Assembly: GCA_964188305.1 (NCBI GenBank)
Contig: OZ076885.1
Strand: one strand, 5' to 3'
Length of the DNA: 64,000 nucleotides
Source of the DNA: Podarcis bocagei
Lineage: Eukaryota
Shown here: piece by piece, positions 11,368 through 24,768 of the stretch
How positions within the stretch are numbered: the first letter of the stretch is position 1
How the letters are laid out: each line of letters opens with the position of its first letter
Translations under genes and position numbers: made by a program
The notes under the pieces: generated by a model
What the model was told of the DNA's origin: nothing
Databases searched by the model: none
What the model saw: the letters and a program-made list of their open reading frames with translations, nothing else

Positions 11368-13234
11368 TTCAGAGGCTCCACCTTACCCTCAAAAATGCAA
11401 GTGGAAACCCCTCCTTAACTTTAGCTGAACCCTTAAGGTCATATCTCTCTCTAACAGACCAACACATTTTTTTAAAAAATCACTTGTCCTTGAGGTATTT
11501 GGACATAAATAAGATCACAGCAAGCAAATAGTCTATGCTTTTCTCATGAGAAAAGTTTTGCTCAGTCTCTGGTTTTGTTCACTGTAAATGTCTGCTCTTA
11601 GGAGACATGTCATGTTTCACTGAAAAGATGATTGGGGAGGGAGGTGTTGTCAATTTCAAAACGAAACAACCATCCCACAACAGTCCAATTTTTACTTCTG
11701 GTATTATTCCTATATCCATATTTTTTCCAGAAACCTCAGTGTATCTCTGTTACCACTCTTTCAGCTCTTCCCTTAAGGCTCCTTATCAGTACTGTATTCA
11801 TTAGTAAGGAATTATAAGCACAAAGAAATGATGCCAAAGTCTGATACATTGTTGGGAGAGCTCAACTCTGACCAGGGCCAATGGGCCTCCTTTGTGATGA
11901 GAAGTCTTGTGGTGGCCACTGCCTCCATTTCTGGTTTCCCCACCTCACAAATGATGATACAGAGTTAGAAAAGGTATTGAAAAGGGCACATAAAATAATG
12001 GAAAGATAGGAACATCTTCCCAAAGAAGAACGGCTAAAGCATTTTGAGTATTCAAACTTAAAATGTCTAGGGCAGGAGAGGGAACTGTTTTGACTCCATG
12101 GGCCAGTTCCTTATCAGGATCAGTCTTGTGGGTCAAATGTGACAGGCAGATGGGATCACCCACCTGTCAATTTTGTGATAATCACATGAATGACAGAGTG
12201 GGCAGCCCGCTCACCTGTTAAAATCCCTTGCTGGAGAGCTGTTAAAATGCAGGGTAGGGGAGGTGCTTTGGAAAGCAGTTTGGCAGTTTGGCCCCTGCTC
12301 AGCATGCACCTCTCGGGAAAAGGGATAAAGAAGCCCTTTTGCAAGGAGCAGCCTTCTTTAAGGGGTTCTTTCCCCCCTCCTCTTGGGAGGCATGACTTTT
12401 TGTGCGGCGATCCAGAAAAATACTGGGTCTGTGTGATTCAGCTGCAACCACCTCTTCCCAGGGGAAAGGCACACACAGCGAAAGCAAGCAGACTAGGCAT
12501 TTTTCTGCTGTGTTCTTTGGCTGTGTGTGCCTGTTCTGAAGAGTGAGCAGGCGCACTTGACCAAACTAAGCATGATTTGTCCACTGCATGTCAGCTGTTA
12601 AGTGGGGGTTAAATCCTACAGTGCAGAATTGTGCCAAATGACACTAGGCAATGGTAAATGTTATTATACCCAGTGGCTGAACTAGAAACAGAAATCTGTA
12701 AGTGAATGGCACCGTTTTCTAATTTCAGGCACCCTTTCCTCAATATGCTAAAGGCTCAACAGTACAGGAATTGAAGAAGGCCCTGTGACATGTGTCAGGG
12801 AGCCATTACAAAGCACACCCTCTTGGGCATCTGGGAGCATCAGACCTCCTTCACATTTTGTTTCCCCACAACCAGCACACCAGCGCACCCAGGCTGCTGT
12901 GCAAAGCGTGAAATGACTCTTAGTAAATTTGCAAGTCATTTCTGAGGGAATATATTTTAAGGAATTCTACAAAGGTTTCATTTGTGTAAGTTGGATCCAG
13001 CTGCTAAGTATCTGAAAATCTGACCCAAGGCATTCACTGTGACATTAAAACCAGTAACACTAAGGAAAATGTCAGGATTTAAAAACAAAACAGAACTCCT
13101 CATTGGTAGCCATTCTACACTGTAGTGCAATTGTAACAATTCCCCTTCATGTCCATCGTAATGAGCAGCTTAAAACATAGTAAATTTAGGCCAGCACTGA
13201 ATTTCCAATAGTGATCAATTCCTAATGCACTATA

Positions 13235-13434
13235 AAAGGTAAAGGGACCCCTGACCATTAGGTCCAGTCATGGACGACTCTGGGGTTGCTGCGCTCATCT
13301 CGCTTTACTGTCCAAGGGAGCCGGCGTACAGCTTCTGGGTCATGTGGCCAGCAGGACTAAGCCGCTTCTAGCGAACCAGAGCAGCGCACGGAAACTCCGT
13401 TTACCTTCCTGCCAGAGCAGTACCTATTTATCTA
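13235..13434 (-). mobile_element. Sauria/Squam1-type SINE, 5'-truncated (tRNA head missing)
   Basis: aaaggtaaagggacccctgaccattaggtccagtc...tacctatttatcta is the reverse complement of the recalled lacertid Sauria SINE 3' half with (ACCTTT)n tail. CpGs are retained, suggesting a young copy. Confidence 0.85.
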
Positions 13435-16354
13435 TGAAGCATTAATAAATCACTTTGTTCTCTGTTGTTCACTCCAGCAATTTAAGGTCAAGGAATACAG
13501 TGAGCGTGTCTTGTCCTGAACTTCTTCGGCAATAGCCATTGACAGTCATGTCAGCTGTTAATTAATTTAGCTACTCTTGTCTTGTTTACATGGTCACTTG
13601 AAGCAACACCTAATTGGCAGATATGGTCACATTTGCTTACAGCACCAAGGAGTAATTCAAAGTCTACATAAAACTGAAAGAAAGACTATCCAGAATGCAT
13701 ATACCTCCTTATTGTCACCAGGATACATGGCAATGAAAAGAATACTGTGGCTCACTGTAGTAACTGATTTGGGCTGAGCCACAGGAAGCACAAGGTGATC
13801 GGGACAACTCAGAAGTAAAAAGCATGGAGGAGCAGCTTATTCTGCTCTGTAAGATTCCCTCTGTAAGCTAAATTGGAACACTGGTATTTATATAGGGTAA
13901 CAACTACAATTTAACATCCTTCAAAACAGTTTGGAAATCATCAGTTAAGTAAGGAAGTCCTGGCTGTGCTGACTATACTTCCATTAGATAAAACAGAATC
14001 TAACTGTGGAAGGATGTGTGGATCCAGAATTGGCCTCCACAGCCACTTATGGATACACCTTTAAGACCGTGCTCATGGAAGACAATCTTACTCATCCACG
14101 AGTGATCGCCAAAGAAGAGAGAAATAGAAGGACACTCACAGCAGGAAACTGCCAATAAAGATAGATGGATTAGAAAAAATATAACAGGACACCTGTTAGC
14201 CATGAAGTGTTCCTGGCTTCACAACTGAAATAACAGATGTGCATACCAGCCAACAAGCTCAGCCGTCACTTGTTCCAATTCCTATGCTTCTGGCCACTTT
14301 TTCATTTTAAAAGTACTGCATAAAGAATTAAAGTGTTTATCTATTCATTTCTCCAAAAGTAGTGAAACTTCCTTAAAAGTGTGAAACTACTCCAACCAGG
14401 GGAAGAACTGATGGTGACACTGTGGGGTGGGACGAGGCATCCAATCTGTGCAGTGCATAGTGTGCAGAACTCAACCCTAGAGAGGAACATGAATGCTTCA
14501 AGAGAATACAGGGACCCCACTTGCAGTCCCAAACCCAGCCACTCTATGCCTGCTCTATCTGCCTTCTTCCACACTTCTTGTTCTTCCCTTTTTTCTTATT
14601 CTCCTTAAGAGAGTATCTTCAGGTGTACTTTCTCCCAGATGCTTTAGGACTTCCACAGAATACAGTATGCTGTATTATTCATGCCTGTTCATTAACTTAT
14701 AGTCTTTATTTTTTAAAGGTGGATCTCATTAGTGTCACAATGACAATTATGTCACTATACCTGTGTTCCATGGCAAAGTGACAAAGGCAGCAACCCATGT
14801 CTAATAGATAGCCAATGGCAGCACAATGTCCATTTTACTCTTGGTGTTTCAAGAATCATGAAGTAGATCTTAGGTTTCTACGTAGATAGAGCTAACAGGA
14901 CCAATTCAGCAGAACTGTTTCACATTAATAGCTCTCTGTTGCTGAAGCCCATGGGTGGGAAACCTGGAAGCCTGTAGGTCTGATTTGGCCACTGAGGCCA
15001 TCCTCATCCCAACGCACCCACCTGTTACTCACCTGATGTCGCATGAGAGCCACGGCTGCTAAGGAACTATTGGGAACCTTAGGGTGTGCTTCCATTGTTC
15101 CTTTGCAAGTGCAGCCTGTATTGAGTCCAGTTTAAATTTTGCAACGGTGTCATATGTCATCAGGTGATTGACAGCTGCATAGCTCTGCCCATCTGACAAA
15201 TGTGGTTGGTGCACTGGTCATAACTAGATCCAGCCTGCCACCTGAAAATGGATCCTCACAACTGCTGAAGTCAATTGGTGATCGCTCTGGGTTGGTGCTC
15301 CATGTGACCACCTTGCTTGTGCCAGCTGCTGATTTCTTCCACAAATGGGTGCTCTAGGTTGTTCCCTTTGAGCAGAAGCTGCAGTTCTGTACACTAGCAC
15401 GGCAGCAGCAGCAGCAGTAGAAGCAAGGGTCACTGTCTCCTGGCCTTGCTCCTGTGCCTCTAACAAGAGCCTGCCAGTGTCATGCAGAAATTTAGCAGCT
15501 GAAATATTTGCTGGCATGGAGGTAAGTGTTATGGAAAGCTTTGCCTTCTTTATTTCTGCTGTAAAAGAAACAGGAGCAGGGCTAGGGAGCGGCAGGGCGA
15601 TGAGTGGCAACCCCAGTAGCAGAGTTGGGTAGTGCTCTGCAAAACTGTGGCTTCTGTTGGGATGAGTGAATCAGAGAGCCACATGCCCTTGTCTTCATTC
15701 TGACTGATCAGCTTGAATTATTATGGGGTTTTAGTGCTGCATTTCTGCAAGATAGTGGAGTGTTCCACTTGGTGATTACTTACACAAATTCTGAATGTTA
15801 CCCTTTGCTAAACAGATGACTGCTTCGCCCCAATTCTGTGCCTCTGAAGGAATCCCCATGGCTCCTTTATGGGCAGGGAGCAATTCTCTCAAGTGATCCT
15901 AGGCAGGTCACTTCACAATGGGGCGGGCAGAAGCTGAGCCTCGTTGGCTGAGTCTTTTTGCAAGGGAGGGAGGGAGGGTCACTCCCTGGTCCCCACTTTT
16001 TAGGAGAGGGAGGGGGCTTGGGGAGGGGGCTTCTTCCCACCCTCCACCAGCCCACCTGCCTGTTCTCATGATGGAAGACCGTTGTGACTCTTGGACAGGC
16101 TAGCTGGGGCTGGGACAAACTGCAGCACACTCATTTGCAACATACTATTGGGGGTCCCTGCTTGCTTCTTGTTTCTATATAAGGCTGACATACAAGGTGA
16201 ATCCCCACTTTGGAAAACAGGTACTGGAGCATTCATTGGGTATCTACCACAGCAATAATTAAGGACAGAAACCGAAGGCCTCCCTGTCCAGTGGCCAACT
16301 GGCCATATCAATTTTCTCTGTTGGCTCTCCCTGACAAAAGAGCATCTTCTGCCC

Positions 16355-16430
16355 TTCTGAGCACCCTAACTTAAGAAGGATATTGACAAGCTGGAAGGTG
16401 TGCAGAGGAAAGCAACCAAGATTATGTACA
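16355..16430 (+). mobile_element. CR1 LINE ORF2 fragment
   Basis: aagaaggatattgacaagctggaaggtgtgcagaggaaagcaaccaag translates as KKDIDKLEGVQRKATK, a typical CR1 ORF2 C-terminal motif. Confidence 0.65.
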
Positions 16431-17330
16431 ACAGAAAAATGGTATGCAGCCCAATCCAGATCGGGGCCAGCTACTTTCTTTCTAAAAACAAAGGAGGTTG
16501 ATTTAAGCATGCTTGTGTTAAAACACTTGATTAATGTCATCTGTAGTTGGGTCCTCAGTCTCTGTTCTGAGTTGCCATATTCTATTTTTGGAAAGAACTA
16601 TAGAAAGAAAGGAGATAACTTTGGTGACAGAGGAGTAGAGAGAACAGGGATTAAGCATGAGTCTCTCAAACCAAGGGGGGTGAGCTGTTCAGTGGAAATT
16701 TGTTCACTTTACACTTGTAGGCCTCACAGTTTGTTTCCATCAAAAGCAAAACAGTGAGCTGGGCTGCAGTTAAGCTTATTTACAGTAGCTAAGGATGCAA
16801 CCACCAGATGAGATGTTTCATCTGTAGTGGGAGCAAGAGAGGAATTTCCCTAGGAACAGTGGGGTGAGACTGATGGAATGAAGGCAGAACCTTGTTGTCC
16901 TCTTTTCAGCATGAGCTGGGGGAAGGGGGGAGCCAGGCAGTAGCACAGCAGAGAGGCAAGTGGTATATGGCTGCAGAACAGAGAAAGGTTGATTTGAAAG
17001 TGAAGTCAGAGTAAAGGCTTAAAAGCATGTATAACATCACCAGACATCTTTTTTGGAGGGTGGGGGTGGGGTGGAGGAGGTAGTGTGAGAACAGGAATTT
17101 GCAAGATTGTGGAACCACGGATGCAGTGGTTGTGCAACATGGCAGGTCTGCGCACACGTGGAGGAAAAAACTGGGTGATGTGTGTGTTCAAAAGGCAAGC
17201 AAGAGGTAAAGTGGGTGGTCATAAAGAGTGTCCAGAAAAGGGAGAAGGGAAAGGGTAGTCAGGTAGTCAGGTTGTTCAGTGGAGGCTGGGGGCTGGTGGG
17301 GGGGAGAGGAGGTGGAAGGGAAGTTCTTAC

Positions 17331-17378
17331 CACATTTGGAAAGTCTCCCAGTCATCAACTCCATACAGTTAGTGGTGT
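17331..17378 (-). CDS. BRSK2: BRSK2 cassette exon, 48 nt, (D)TTNCMELMTGRLSKC
   Basis: Lies within ORF 17188..17505(-). Acceptor ctcttacgatctag|AC, donor TGTG|gtaaga; phase 1-1. Confidence 0.94.
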
Positions 17379-18384
17379 CTAGATCGTAAGAGTGGAAAGA
17401 GGAAGGAGGGAAAACAATATAAAAAATCGTTTCCAGATCTCTTCGTAGAAGGCAGTAATGTAGCAATTTTTTCCCTGGAGCAGAAACTATATATGGGATT
17501 GGCATTTCTACACTTAGTTGAGAGTCTTCCTAAACTCATGATAGAAGGTTGTTGTTTTTTGAATCAATCATGTAACACAGAGCAAACACTTTCTCCTCCC
17601 TATCGCTGCCGTATATTTAATATATGTGTTACAATGAATGTCCAAGATTTGGTGACTTTTACATCCTGGCTACCTCAGACAAATTTTGTGAAAAATATCC
17701 AAAAATCTAAAGGCCCACAAGTGAATTCTGAGAGCTAATCAAATGTCAGCATTTACATGGGTATGTCTGAAAGATGAGGGAAATACAACAAATGACAACT
17801 AGGACTGGCTTCATTCCCACATGAATGCTGACATTTGCCAAATTTCATACATTCACTGTAAAACCTACAGAAAGAAAAATAAAATACTTTGCAACATAGA
17901 AATCCCTGGAAAAGGCTGTTCAGCTAGATCAAATGTGTGAGTCCATTATGATGACTCATAGCACTATGAACATCATTGTCACTAAAATAAAAGCAAAGTA
18001 TTATTCTACATGTACTCAAGATGCCAAGCTATCTTCTCTCACTACTACCTCGTCCACCTCGGGAGCTATAAATGCTATGATATCTTGGGCTTCTCCAGAC
18101 AACTTATTTTATCCCTTAAAACATTCATAGCCTGCTTCTTCTAAGAGTTTATGGCAGCTAGTAAAATGGAAAGAATTACAAAAGAGTGAAAAAAAGTATA
18201 TTTATTTATTTAAAACTACCTCCAAAAAGTTCTTCCTATTGCTAGCAATAAAGTAATGCAGTTTCCACTTGGCGCCAGCAGTAATAATAGCATCCCCCAT
18301 GAAAAGGGTTGGGGCTATCCCTCTTTCAAAGGAGGGGGCAGTAATTCTCCTACTTGCAGAGCTGTGTTTTGGGAGAAGGGATTA

Positions 18385-18625
18385 CAGTGGAACCTAGGTT
18401 GTCAAACGTAATCCGCTCCAGAAGACTGTTCGACTTCCGAAATGTTTGACAACAGAGGCGCAATTGCTGGTCGGCAAATTCCTTTGAAAAAATGGAGAAA
18501 TGTGCCTTGGAAGCCATTCGACTTCCGAGGCGCGTTCGAAAACAGAAGCATTCACTTCCAGGTTGTCGGTGTTCAGGTTCTGAATTGTTTGGCTTCTGAA
18601 GCGTTCGACAACCGAGGGTCTACTG
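18385..18625. mobile_element. 241-bp Tc1/mariner (Tigger-like) MITE
   Basis: TA flanks both ends. Imperfect ~24-bp TIRs CAGTGGAACCTAGGTTGTCAAACG / CGTTCGACAACCGAGGGTCTACTG. Internal ttcgacttccga repeats; CpG-rich. Confidence 0.85.
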
Positions 18626-19799
18626 TACTTCAAAAATGAGACACATTCAGGATGGCAGCCATAAGGGGTGGGTCAGGGCAAGAATATGTTTTGACAGTAA
18701 CAGCACAAGTTTGGGGCTTGTGAAAAGTAATGACTCCAGGAGCAGCCCATTCTGTTTTGGCACCTGAGGCGAAAAGGGAAGTTTCAATTTTCCCCTCTCC
18801 CAACGCTAAAGCCAGAGTTTTGCTGCTGCCGATTCTCTTTAGTTCTCTAGGGAAGGCAAGAGGTACCTGGGGAACTCTGTTTGCTGGAGAAGAAAGAAGT
18901 GGCAGTAGCAAGAGCTCTTCCTGGCAGAATCCTGCTGCCTGAGGCAATTGCCTTGGCGAGCCTAATCATAACGCTGGCTAGGCTTGACTCACAAAGGAAG
19001 CAGTTGGTGGTAGGCCCAACTCAAGGTTTTTGGCTGCCACCCCCATGTGTCTTATCTTATGCTGAGCAACATAACGACAGAGCATCTTAAGGCAGCTTCT
19101 GCACTAGGGCTCTTTAACGCTGCTCAGACATTGCTCTCCTGTGATGAGCCTGAAGCAAAAAGAAACAGTGGCTCTGCAATATAGCACCATATATTGCCTG
19201 TAACCACGATGGCGGTGTCCATCTCCATGGGCAAGGAGGGCATGGGCATGTTAACCTAGCAGCAAGTTCCTTACAGCCATGTTTCTGCTTCTTGTGGCTA
19301 ATGGCCCTTTAATTAGGTCCTTCCTCCTTTGTCTCATTTCTATTAAAACAACGCCAGAGCAATCCTATGCATATCTACTCAGAAGCATGTCCCACTGAAT
19401 TCAGTTGGTATGGCAGCCCTCAGAGACATTCCAGCACTTCCTCCTTTGCAAAGTGGGAAACGCATTGCTAGCAAAGATGGCTAAAGATAGACGTTCTCTG
19501 AAAGGGGTTAGGCTGTATAAATATTAGGGTAGAAGAGCAAAGCAAAAGGATAGGTATGCACCAAACAATCCAGCAGGAAGGGATCTTGGAAAAGAGAGGC
19601 AGGTCTAGGGTGACTGTAGATAAGGAAGCATGATCAGAAATAGCAATGTGAGGAAGGGTCCAGCAGAGTTGAGAATCTGACTGAGAAAGGGCAGCCACCT
19701 CTTCCTGCAGAGGCCTTGCACAAGGTGAGAATGTTACAGAAAACAAGGAAAACTAGTCATTTAAAAAGTGAAAGGAGAACCTGGAAAGAGTGCATCCAT

Positions 19800-19997
19800 G
19801 GGACAAAGATGAAAGACAAGGCTATCAATGGCCACCAAGTCATGATGGCTCTATATACTGTCTTCATTTGCTGGGGAACAACAGAAGAGGGCCACTGAAC
19901 TCGTGTCCTGCTTTTGGGCTTCCCAGGGGCATCTGGCTGGCCACTGTGGGAAACTGAGTGCTGGAACAGATAGGCCTTGGACAGGGCTCCTCTTATT
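19800..19997 (+). mobile_element. CR1 LINE 3' end remnant
   Basis: Contains ggctatcaatggc...cttcccaggggcatctggctggccactgtgggaaac...gctgga...ggccttgg...cagggctc, resembling recalled reptile CR1 3'UTRs. Confidence 0.6.
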
Positions 19998-20501
19998 TAC
20001 AAGACGTTGAAATCATTCCCATGCATGGGTGGATGTTTTATTTATTTATATATATGGGGGAGGGGGGCTACTGTGATTAACAAGTAACCTGTGTGCTGGC
20101 TTCTGTCTCCATCAGTTGTTCTAAGAAAAGTGGAGCTGTTTCCAAGGTGGGAGTTATAGAGCTTTGAGGATGGAAAGCTCAGAAGGGTTTTATTTGTGAT
20201 GCTGGTGAGTCTTATACTCCAGGTTGAGGCCATGCAGTGTTAAGTGTACCAGTGTGTACATCCTTGTATTTTCCCTCTTTGCTAACACTTCTGCATCTGT
20301 TAGCATATCTATAGCAATTATTGAAAAGTCTGACAGGTTCTCAGGACTGAAATGTTTAGCAACTGGCTTCACCCCCTTTTTTGGTTTCTAAAACATGTTG
20401 GTTGTAGTTTTTATTATGTTCTGGATATGACATCCCTTTTTTGCAGTCAATTATATGGATTATAATTATATATGGATTATATTATATGGATTATAATTAT
20501 A

Positions 20502-20536
20502 TGGACCTAATGGTCAGGGGTCCCTTTACCTTTACC
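20502..20536 (+). mobile_element. 35-nt 3' tail of a Sauria SINE inside a tandemly repeated target site
   Basis: tggacctaatggtcaggggtccctttacctttacc is the reverse complement of the SINE end at 13235-13266. It is flanked by TATATGGATTATA copies. Confidence 0.8.
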
Positions 20537-23500
20537 TATATGGATTATATTGCAAGATTTGCTGGTGATGTTCTGTTTTGACAAAAAAAGGTAGAGAAAT
20601 CCGTAATGGCTATCTTGAAAAAAGCTTCATTTAATTTTACCAGAGCAGCTGATGAAGGCAGAAGCTGACACACTTTGTTACATAAATAAAGCTCTTTTTG
20701 TTAATAAAAATAACATATATATTATTTTAGTGATTAACCAAATCCTAAAAGGAATCCAGAACTGGCTTGTATGAAGTACTATTTGACACCCCTCCCCCCG
20801 TGTGTGTACACATACACAAAACTGGGCATCCATGCAATTTTTTGGTGAAGATTTCTGTCAACTGGAGCTCTCCAATAACCCAGCCATATACCAGACCTGG
20901 TCTGCATATGCAGCAGAACGCTGAGGAGGTGGAATAAACTGTGTCTCTTTGGACTGCAGATATGAGATACCATGTCTGAATGCTCTCCTGTGTGAAAATT
21001 CTCTACAAACGGGAAACTAGAGCATTGTGGAGACAGTTTCAGTCCACCTTTCTGTTGTGCAAGTCTCCTACTTATAGAGTCTCTTATTGTTGTTTAAACA
21101 CAGAGAATTATTACCAAAATAACCCCCCACCAGTAGCTCGTAGTGATAAAGTATGTTCTGCAATTTCAACACGCATATCATCTCCTCCTCATTTTCTCAA
21201 TGAATGGCAGCTTTATTTCACAAACACAGATGCTGGAAACTGCAGTCCTATTCAGAGATTGTTGCATTTCATAAATAACCAATGATTTCTACTAAAGCTT
21301 CTGTGTAAAAAGTTCAGCAAGATTCACATCAAGACCTACCAAAGAATAAAGCACTACAATTATGCAGGCCTCCCCTTCATCCCACAGGACATTTAAAACA
21401 GCTTATCAAAATAATAAGCGTTTAAGTTTGCATAAATACATAAAGATGAGATGAAGGAACTGTGTGGGACCTACTTTAAATACATCGGTTTCTGATGCTT
21501 ATCTGATTCTGAAAATAAAGTCAGCAGGTTGCAATCCAGAAATCCCAACCTTTCCTTAATATTAACAATGCAGGAAGTGTAGTAAGCACAAAATGTCCCA
21601 CTGCATTGTTAACGGTTACGTATAGCCTATTGCTGGAAGCTGGAACTTGCAACAATGGCTGAAAAGTTTAGGAACCACCACAGACATAAAACAGGGCAGG
21701 GGGAAAGCAGAGAATTCACTGCTCGGATGAAACAATGGATTATTTTAATACTGCCATTTATGGAAAAGGATACACAGACAGTTAACTCCTTCCCAGAGGA
21801 GGTGTCTGCTAGAGGAAAGCAATCAGTCCTGATAACAGAACTGGTATCATATGGAAATAATCACTATTCATTCTCAGAAACATCATTTCTTACTAACGGC
21901 TATAGATTTGTTCTGTGGAACAAAAAGAATGCACACAATTGAGACATGGGCAAAAGTGTGGTACTTTTTTTTCTATCTACCCAGGCAGGATTCTCCTTTC
22001 ATTCAATAAGGACTTCTTGGCAGAGTGAATATCCATGGAGATGGTATTCTCTTTTCACTCTGAAGATCATGGAGCTTCCAGAATTCAGGTGCATGAATGA
22101 AAGTGTGTACCTAAGACTGCCTGATCAGTGATCATTTCAAGGAAGAAATCTCCAGTGGCTCAGGGAGCACAGCTCTGAAGTGCTTTGGTGCTGAGTGGCA
22201 TTTTAGTGGTGCACTTAGCTTTCACCTGTGCACTGGGCTTGTTCCAGTTTGCATTAGATCAAAAGTAATAAGCAGAGCGAGTCCCAAGAAGCAGAAATGA
22301 GAATGAGAATGGAAGATACTAACTGGGATGTGCAGGTGTGACACAGGAACGCACCACTGAAATGAGATACACGCACAGACAAGGAAACGACGCGATGTCT
22401 ATTAATATTGGTGTGAGCTTGCAAAGAATGAGAGACAACAGAAAACAGTCCTGTTCTGAAACCCAGGCAAACCAGTTTAATGGGCTGGCCCACAGCTCAG
22501 CAGACCAAGCAGGGTCCGGAGATGTAGCAAGCATCACCTCCACGAAGTCACAAGTCCTTGCTGGCAGTGATGGAGCTGGAGACACGTTCAGAGATGGGGT
22601 CACCTAGCTGCAAGGTACATCTGTTGCAATATACTGTATCATCCCTCTCCCTCTCGCAGTACATACAGTATATGTTTGTGCACAGAGAGGCCTCCAGTCA
22701 CTCACCTGTAATGGCACCTGACCTGGAAGGTGGGGAACACTGCTTTGCTAGAGCAGGTGAGCTCTCTGAACTTCTCCAGAGGCTAGAATCAGTTAAAAAT
22801 GCTTTGCACTTTAATCTGTGAGTTACAGATTAAATGAACATTGATTTCGACTGAGGCTGCTTTTGAAGTAAGCAACTGTTCCTCACAGAATGTAGCTTGA
22901 TTTGGTGTTACCCAGGCTGCAAAGACATTATGCTAAGCTGAATGGCCCCTCGTGATTCTATGATCTCCTGGGTGCCAGGGGACAAGAAGGTGGCTTTTGT
23001 GTTGGAAGGAGAGCAGCATTCCTTCCCATGCCCATTCAAGTCTCATCTGGCAATCATCTGGGAACAATTCTTCATTAATTCTATTCCATTTTAAAACAGT
23101 GCCATTTGGTGCCAACTTCCCAATAATTCCTATCCCATTTCAAAATTTCCTATCCCATTTCAAACGAGCATTATTTTGGTGACATTTTTGCTTCCCTGTT
23201 TTCTCTACCACAGCCTGGACATCCATATAATTTTTAAATCACAGCCACATACGAAATAAATGTTTCTTGTCAAGAATTCCATCCAGTCACAGGTTTATTT
23301 TAGTCTGAATTCACAGAAAGTGGAGGCTGTTTAATAAGTCACTATGAGTAAATGCTACACATGGAAAGTTTGTTCTCTGTTGTTGTTAGCCTCAAAAAGA
23401 TGCTAACCTTACTGAACTCTTCTAAAAGCATGAAGAGCTGGGGCTAGTGAGGACAAAGGCAACTTTCTTCCCATGTGGCTACAACCACTGCATGATGAAT

Positions 23501-24678
23501 TTATATAAGAAGCAGTCATCCTGCAGTACTGAGTCTTGGAATCTACCCTGATGCTCCCTTTGCTTATTGATTTGAAACTCCTTGTTTCCTATCCTAGACC
23601 AGCCAGACATCTGCAGATGCAAAGTAAGTGACAGCAGTCTGTCTGACCAGATTCAAATTATATTGACCAGTTTTAGACATCTAGTAATTCTTTCCCAATC
23701 CTTGCTCTCAAGTTGTGAAAGGCTGCCCATCTCCTCCCGTTGATATATTTCTCACATGCTTGTCATCACAAGGGTGGCTTTAAAGGGTGAGATGAGCTAC
23801 CATTGGCATAGAGAGAAATTGGACTTTGGGTCTATGTACCTCATGTTTTGTTCTGTTTTCCCCATACACTTTACAACAGACAAAAGTTTCCTGTAGTGTT
23901 GCAGAGTTGTTGTTTGCTTGGAAGAAGCTAAATCCGCTTATCCTAGTGACCTTCACGAGGTGAAGCAGTGAAGATCAGGGCTTGTGGAAGGCTAGAGAGG
24001 TAGTAGGGGAATTGCTAAATGAAGAGATTGCCAGTAGATAAATGTTCATCCCATTCATGAAAGGGGCTAAAGGGTAATAAAAAATTATTTCCTCATGGAG
24101 TGTGGCATAAAACTGTAACAGGCAAGATATTTCTGCCATTGCTCAGCCATTTCCACTTCATTAGAGTGAGCAGATAAAATGGCATGTGGCTTCTTCAGAG
24201 TAAGTGACTTTCCAAAAATCAGTCTTGCTCTAAACTTCCAGTAATTCCCATTTGCTAGCAAAAGTCACTTCCTCCCCAGGAGCTAACTCAGGCCATTGTT
24301 TCTTTTAAAAAATGGTTTGTAGAGGACTCTTTCATCTGATACATTTTGAGGCATGTCCATGATTTTGGGGTGGGGGGGATTTTTGGAATTAAACAAACTG
24401 CTGATGACACTTCCTGTGAAAAGGGGGACAAATGGCTCTTGGGGCAGGGCAGGGCAAGGCAGTTCACGTGGAGGTGGGGGGGATGCATTTAGGAAATGGG
24501 AATTGGTGCAAGGCAGGTGGGAGTGGAGCAAATGGCAAGGGAGAGATGTGCAGAGGAGTCTTACTGTTTGTGCTGAATGAAACTAGTTTTCTAGGTGCAA
24601 CTTGAGGGCTATGCTGATAGGTGCTTCCAATTCATGTCCTTGCCTGAAGCAAAGCACTGAGCTGTGGAAGCTACTTAC

Positions 24679-24768
24679 CTGATAACTGCTGCACTGAAGG
24701 CTGGTCATGTGTGCTTAACAACTGTGCCTGAATGGTTTCTACTACCCTCTTAAAGCGACGGCTTGGAC
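24679..24768 (-). CDS. BRSK2: BRSK2 coding exon, 90 nt, (G)[29 protein letters not shown]
   Basis: Acceptor gtcttttcacag|GT, donor TCAG|gtaagt; phase 1 to 1. Confidence 0.96.

Noticed and set aside
20645-20692. CTGATGA-stem-GACAC followed by AATAAA, resembling a Penelope-type minimal hammerhead ribozyme
   Set aside because: The conserved GAAA is broken (GACAC) and no stem I partner is visible, so at best a dead relic. Other CTGATGA hits (e.g. ~5895, ~8355) lack the rest of the core.
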